Source of the DNA: Anthoceros angustus
Lineage: Eukaryota > Plantae > Anthocerotophyta
Reading direction: 5' to 3'
DNA length: 64,000 nt
Assembly: GCA_010909165.1 (NCBI GenBank)
Contig: VJWM01000103.1
Location: 806,001 to 870,000 of the forward strand
Below the pieces are notes generated by a model. It ran no database searches and was not told where the DNA came from. It saw only the letters and a program-made list of their open reading frames with translations. Both the position numbers and the translations under genes were made by a program. Shown in pieces: positions 58,105 to 64,000 of the stretch. How positions within the stretch are numbered: position 1 is the first letter of the stretch; each line of letters begins with the position of its first letter.

Positions 58105-58875
58105 AAAGAGAGATTTTATTGAGGTGAAAAAACAATGGAAAAAGCCCATGTAGGAGGGGACAACCAAAGGAGACCAGGGGATCGAGGTGAAGAGGAGCAA
58201 CTAAGCTCCCTACCTAAAGTCACCTCACCCACAATGTCATATGCGGGAAGAATAAGCGGCTTGCAAACCACGGAGGTAGAGGAAGATCGTCACCTCATGC
58301 CGCCTTGTGGAGGATCGTCGTTGAGGCGCCGTTGAAGGCAATTGAAACCCGTTGTCGGAAGTATGCTGTAATGCAGAGGATGAAAACCCTCGCCAAAGAA
58401 AGCAACAATATAAGAAAGGGAGGCCAACCCTATTCTTCCTAGTGATAAGCTTTGGTGCGAGCCTCGGCGAACTGGAGAAATTCTTGACCATGGCTCGGTG
58501 GGTCTCGATGGTAAGAGGGACGAAGGCGTGGACCTTAGCCCTTGTGCATCCATCCATCCGCTGCCCAACCTCGACATCCAGCGATGAGTGTTACCCATGT
58601 CGACAAGAGATTTTATTGAGGTGAAAAAACAATGGAAAAAGCCCATGTAGGAGGGGACAACCAAAGGAGACCAGGGGATCGAGGTGAAGAGGAGCAACTA
58701 AGCTCCCTACCTAAAGTCACCTACTGCACCCACAATGTCATATGCAGGAAGAATAAACGGCTTGCAAACCACGGAGGTAGAGGAAGATGCGTCACCTACT
58801 GTCGCCGCCTTGTGGAGGATCGTCGTTGAGAGCGCCCGTTGAAGGGCAATTGAAACCCGTTGTCGGAAGTATGCT
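57865..58875. repeat. Direct duplication, 2 x ~505 bp, spanning the junction of two CRE-like element families
   Basis: TGCAGAG(G)GATGAAAACCCTC at 57865 and 58372; both copies end CCCGTTGTCGGAAGTATGCT. Confidence 0.9.
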
Positions 58876-60527
58876 ATGAAGTACGAGAGGGATAGCCCCG
58901 CAGTGTCTACGCATGGTAAGCTTTGGCAGGACTTGACAAATTTGTCAAAGTCCTCGACCATTACCCCATCGTTTCTAGTGCAAGCGGAATAAAGAGGTGG
59001 CCGCTTGCATCACGCTATATTTGCGGACCTTGAGCCGCTCGGTGACCCAACACGGGCGGTTAGTGATGACTGGCGGAGATGGTGTCTCGTGTAGGATCGG
59101 TAACCACCACATCGCCACGAGCACAGTACCGGAGTGCAGTCGACCATTGAGCGACACATGCGGAGTATAGATCCGCTCCCTCCGGGCCATGTGGCCGCTT
59201 TCGCGGCGATGGCGAATATGTGTGATGGCATCATGAGTGGCAATCACGATGACCCGTGGAGACAACGAGCAAGGTGTACCCCGAATCATCGAGGCGAGCC
59301 GCTTTCAAGTAAGGGCGAAGAAGCCACGGTGGAGCGGGCCAAGGCGGAATCGCATCGCGATGGTGAAGGTGGTTGGTGCGATGTGAAACCCGTATGCATG
59401 GGCGGGCCAATAGCCAAGCACTGCGCCCTTCGAACAAGAGCGGCCGCTCTTGTGGACACAGGGATGGAGGGTCTGGAGGATGATCGAAAGCCCGCCGAGC
59501 TGCTTCTCGAGCATGGATGCCTGCAACCCCCTGAAACCATCAGTAATAAATGTCGAGAAAGGAGGGAAGTCCTTCCAAGCATCCACTGATAACGTGTCCC
59601 TAGCTTGCCTCAAGGGCGTTTGGAGAGAAGGTTCCCTCCTCCACACTGATACGAGATCCTCCGGAAAGGGCCTGTCATGGAGGATGAACCGAGCAAGGCG
59701 AGAGGGCCAAATGCGCCGAAGCCGGGAAGAGACCTCCAGCGAGGCGAGCTGTGCCTCAAATTGCAGTAGGGGCGCTTGCCGTGGCGAGATCGCCCATAGG
59801 GCACTCAAAAGCCCCTGAGCCCAGGATGTCCCCTAGAGTATCCATAATCTTTCTATCAAACCGCCGCAGCCGGGACAAAAGCGTCGGGGATGGAGGCAGC
59901 GTACGGATGAGGTAACCAGGGCGCCTAGCAAAACAGGACGAAAGAATTCCAAAGGCCACCTGTGTGTCCTCCAACAAAGAGAGGTCCTCGACATGGGAGA
60001 GGTCCTCTGCGAGAGCCTGGTCCAGGAAGCTCCCGATGAAGTCAGGGGAACCGAAGGGGACCCCTAGAATCCGCAATCCCAAAGCCGGAGCAATCTCCCT
60101 AGCGGGAAACTGCAAAGTAGGTAGAATCCCCGACGGAGACCAAACGCGGCACTTGGACAGCTTGACCTTCAAGCCCACCAAAGAAAGCTTATGAGAGAAG
60201 AGTTCAAAGGCCTCCTTAACTTTGTCCCTAGGCCCGAGGATGTGAGAGTCATCTGCCAGCGAAGGGAAGACACAGTCGCGCGTTGAGAAGGCGGCCCTAG
60301 ATAGGGCCCTATAGTGAGCAATGGCGAAGAGAGCACCGCCCAGGGGGTCGCTGTTAGGCGATATACGAGTGTTAGGCAACATACGGACACATATGTATAC
60401 CTTGCCCGATACGATGTACTGTACGAGCCACCGCCATGGCTGTGGATATAAATGGAGAACTGCGGCGAGCAGGCGGTACATGTAAGGCAAAGTTTTTTGG
60501 TACTCTTCACCGCCTCTGAGCTTAAGA
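58605..60527 (-). mobile_element. CRE-clade-like non-LTR retrotransposon (family A), 5'-truncated and frameshifted: RT C-half, CCHC finger, restriction-like endonuclease, 3' UTR
   Basis: DPLGGALFA, LADDSHILG, GLKVKLSKC, GLRILGVPFGS, GYLIRTLPP; IAMRFRLG; LDDSG...HRIATHDAI (across frameshifts); FRQRVSIALQRA; AATAAA near 58615. Confidence 0.75.
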
Positions 60528-60529
60528 AC

Positions 60530-60541
60530 TGGTATCAGAGC
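60530..60541 (+). promoter_or_regulatory. LTR-retrotransposon primer-binding site (tRNA-iMet)
   Basis: TGGTATCAGAGC, about 170 bp upstream of gag. Confidence 0.85.
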
Positions 60542-61563
60542 CTCGTCCAACGTTCAGGACGTGCAGGCGTGGTTGCGGGGACGAAGGAGTTGGCCAAGGG
60601 CTGTGTCTGACACGCTTCGGCAATAGGAATTTGAAGCAGCCATGGGGGAGCCTGGCGTGGATGCTCGGCAGCTAGCATAGCTGCTGGCTGCCTCAAATGA
60701 AAGGATTGCCCAGTTGGAACGGGCATCGAGTGAGCGGATTGCTCACCTTGAGCAAGCGTTACAAGCGGCCTTGCAAATCCATCAGGACCCTATGTCACGG
60801 CTTCAAGGTATGGAAAAGGTAAAGGGATCAAGGCCAGAGAACTTCGATGGGAAAGAGGAGCTAGGGGCAGTGGATAACTGGATTGATCAAGTGAAAAGGT
60901 ATGTGCGCCTACAGTTGGTGCCCCCACCTCTGCAGGGAGATCTGGCAGCCGGATTTTTGCGGGGCAGGCGTCTGCTTGGTGGCTACGGCCTTGGTCAGTC
61001 TGCAGCTTGCCGACTTCACGGTTAGATGAGTTTTGATAGCCCTCCGAACCACGTTTGTTCCACGGAGGGTCGAGGTCGCCGAGATAAATTAGTGGCGGTG
61101 CGGAGGAAGAGTGTTGTTGAATACAATCGTGAGTTTTTGGAGCTGGTGATGGCCATACCGATATGAGTGAAGCGAAACACGAGACCGCTACACTCGAGGA
61201 TTGAAGTTCACAGTTCGCAAGAGGTGAAACTACGGGTGCCGGACATTGCGGGATGCAATGACACTAGCAACGCAGATGCCCTTTACTACGGTGCGATGCG
61301 GGATAAGGGATGGGGCCGAGGGCTACGTGGAGGACGGACTTCTAGCCCTAGTTCGAGCGGTGCCTATGGAGCTTGGGCGGATTCAAATTTCGAGGCCGAT
61401 GTTTTAATTGTAGCGAATGGGGGCCTGAGCTAGTGTGTGCCTCCATGCTAGAACGAGCTCGGGAGGCAAGGCCACAGGCGGCAATACCACTCTGGCGAGC
61501 ACGGTTGAATGAGATAGTAGCTATGGCGGTGGAGACCCAAAGGCGGAAAACACATGGGCATGG

Positions 61564-62782
61564 CACTACTAGGAAAGGATACTTTACAAGCCAAAATTAC
61601 AACGGGCATTACAACGCCTTTACTAAGTCATAGTAAAACCCCGTAGTAAATACACCTTAGTAATATCCATAGTAAAAGTATATACGCGTATGTGTGCGCT
61701 TCGTTTATGCCGCCTCAATTCTCATTTCGATCGATTGGGTTCCAGAGGTTTTGTTCTTTGTCTTGCGGCTCGGTTGTGGAAGGCAGGCGACCAAGCTAAG
61801 CGCTATGGCTTTCAACACTGGTCATGGGATCGCAATTTTTGAGGACGACCAGAAAGAGCTCGCTGCTCTTATCGACAAGCCCGGCTCCCTTTCTCACCAA
61901 TATCGTGGCGTCGTCGTGGTGCACAAGCACGTTGACAAGCTAGGCGTGTGCGGGGAGGTGCGAGGTTTGCCAATCGGACGGATGTTAGGAGCAGAAGGCG
62001 GTGCACAGGCTTGAGGATTTTCACGGCTACCACCTCCTTGTGGCGGTGGAGAAGGTGGTTGGCATTGAGAACACGGAATTGGCGTGTGGTGGGTGAGGAG
62101 AGGATGCACGCCCGAGGCGGGGACTGGCAGCGTCGCATCCGGTATAGATTACGAGTGAGATCGTCGCCATCCCGTTTTGTTGTGCTAATTCTTGGTGTTG
62201 ATGTTGTGTTTGTTTTGGTGACCGACCCATAGTTTTTGGGTGAGCACGTCTCTCAATAAAGCGGCCACCTTTTCATTCGAGTTCTGAACCCTTCCTCAAA
62301 CCCTATACCATATGCACATGAATGCTCACATACCTTTGATCCTCATTGTAAACCGGCGTGTTGTTGTAAGGTATGTATATACTGCGTTGTAAAAGCCCGT
62401 TGTAAAACTTGACAATGCGTTGTAAACCACTTCCCATTGTAAGTAGACCATGGGCCGTTGTAAAAGAAAATCGTTGTAAGCAGGCGTGATGGTGTTTACT
62501 AAATGCGTTGTTATGTGACACATTCATTGTTGTAAAGTCATTGATCGGATCTATCGTGTTGCAACCCGGAAGAGCCCTCGTAGTAAAGTAGCTTTCGTTA
62601 TGCCACGTCATCGAATAGCGGTGGCTAAATACACCCGTAGTAAAACACTAGAGCTCACAGTAACACGAATGGCTATACAAGAAAATAATCCATGAACCAT
62701 GAAGCCCGTTGTAAATCGACTTGAGCACGAAATCTCCCTGTTCTAAAAACAGCCTATAGTAAAGGCCGTTTTCCTAGTAGTG
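61564..62782. mobile_element. Non-autonomous CACTA (En/Spm) element, 1219 bp, inserted in the gypsy element
   Basis: 13-bp TIR CACTACTAGGAAA / TTTCCTAGTAGTG; 3-bp TSD TGG on both sides; subterminal TTACAACG/CGTTGTAA and CGTAGTAAA repeats. Confidence 0.93.
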
Positions 62783-64000
62783 TGGCCGAGGGGAAGCGGC
62801 CATAGCATGTTGATTAGCCCCCATCCAAGGCGAAAGTGCAGGAATCTCTTACGTATACGAGTGTGGATGGCGTGTTTGTGCCATCCTCGTGAATGTGGAG
62901 CAAGTTGTAATTTCATGTCAACACGGTTTGCCCGAGCTGAATTTGGACACAAGAAAGCGACTAGGGTTTGTCACTTTCGCGAATGGGGAGCGATCCTTTG
63001 CCGGGGCCAAAGTAAGTGTGTACCTCTTAGGATAGGGCGCTTTGGATTACATTCGTTGCACAATAACTCCGTTGCGATTAATTGTGATGTAATCTTGGGG
63101 ATGGAGTGGTTGGAGGAATGTAATCCTAATATTTCTGGAAGGAGAGACGGATGCGGTAGAGCGGCTGTTTAGCTGCTCATGAGTCGCTTGGGCCTGCACC
63201 ACCAACAACGGATAATGAAGTTGTGGCGTTTTCAGCTTCAGTTCGAGAAGATGTTGTAGATAAGAAAGGTCTTGTGGATAGTTCGGCAGTAGGTCAAGTT
63301 CAGACCCTGCTACAGGAGTTTCAAGATGTGGTTGTTCAAGGGTTGCCACCAAGGCTTCCCCCTCGTAGAGCTGTGGATCATAAGATAGAGTTGACTCACT
63401 CGGGCATCAAGCCCCCATACCGTTCAGTGTATCGATTATCACCCACGGAATTGGAGGAAGCTCGATGCCAGACTGAAGCCCTTTTGCAGAAAGGATTCAT
63501 CCGTCCTTCAAAGTCTCCGTATGGGGCCCCTATTCTCTTCACGGCAAAAGGCAGGGACTACGTATGTGCATGGACTATAGAGGACTCAACAATATCACCA
63601 AACGAAATTGCTACCCCTACCACGGATTGATGAGATGCTTGAGCAATTGCAAGGGGCCAAGTACTTCACGAAGTTAGATTTGGCAGCCGGGTATCACCAA
63701 ATCCGTATTGCTGATGAAGACATCGAGAAGGCGACTTTTAACACGAGGGATGGGCACTATGGTGGCTAGTCATGAGTTTTGGTTTGGTTAATGCTCCTAG
63801 CACTTTCCAAAGAATCGATGAGCGACACTATCGTGATTTAATCGGAAAGGGTGTTGGTTTATTTAGATGATATACTCATCTGACAAGATGAGAGCATATT
63901 ACTTTACTACGAGAAGTCCTGCTTAGGTTACGGAGGCGAAGCTATTCATCTGACAAGCGAAGTGTGAATTCACCTTACCGAGTACCTTGGACACATAGTT

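Larger units (their letters stand above)
60530..64000 (+). mobile_element. Ty3/gypsy LTR retrotransposon, decayed: PBS, gag (~60700-61430), protease (~62850-63130), RT (~63300 onward); 5' LTR not recognisable; runs off the window
   Basis: gag RPENFDGKEELGAVDNWIDQVKRY and zinc knuckle RCFNC; protease CGASCNFMS and DVILGMEWL; RT LPPRRAVDHKIEL, FIRPSKSPYGAPILF, LDLAAGYHQIRI, YLDDILI, with frameshifts. Confidence 0.9.

Overview
Eukaryotic, land-plant genomic DNA with compact genes and mostly 70-130 bp GT-AG introns. A non-seed plant such as a hornwort or lycophyte is my inference and is not established. Single-copy genes: the 3' part of ATM kinase (+), a WD40 protein (-), MAP65 (+), a TRP14/Clot-like thioredoxin (+), SF3B6/p14 (-), CSB/CHR8 (+), an aldehyde oxidase (+) and a CYP72-clan P450 (-). 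Positions 11106-36780 hold a head-to-tail array of five ~5.2 kb units. Each unit carries a divergent ubiquitin-like ORF without a C-terminal GG, preceded by a TATA box and a 5'-UTR intron, plus a TA-flanked ~335 bp MITE and two minisatellites. A solo inverted copy of the MITE lies upstream of SF3B6. From ~57.2 kb the window is a TE nest: stacked fragments of CRE-like non-LTR retrotransposons (RT + CCHC + restriction-like endonuclease), a decayed Ty3/gypsy element and a non-autonomous CACTA element inside it. The most interesting leads are the Ubl gene array, a possible two-tailed MAP65 made by alternative splicing, a 31-bp MAP65 exon patch inside the array, and the stacked CRE-like elements. 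The many 1-2 bp indels in repeats may be long-read consensus errors, so ORF status there is uncertain. All family assignments come from motif recognition, not database searches.
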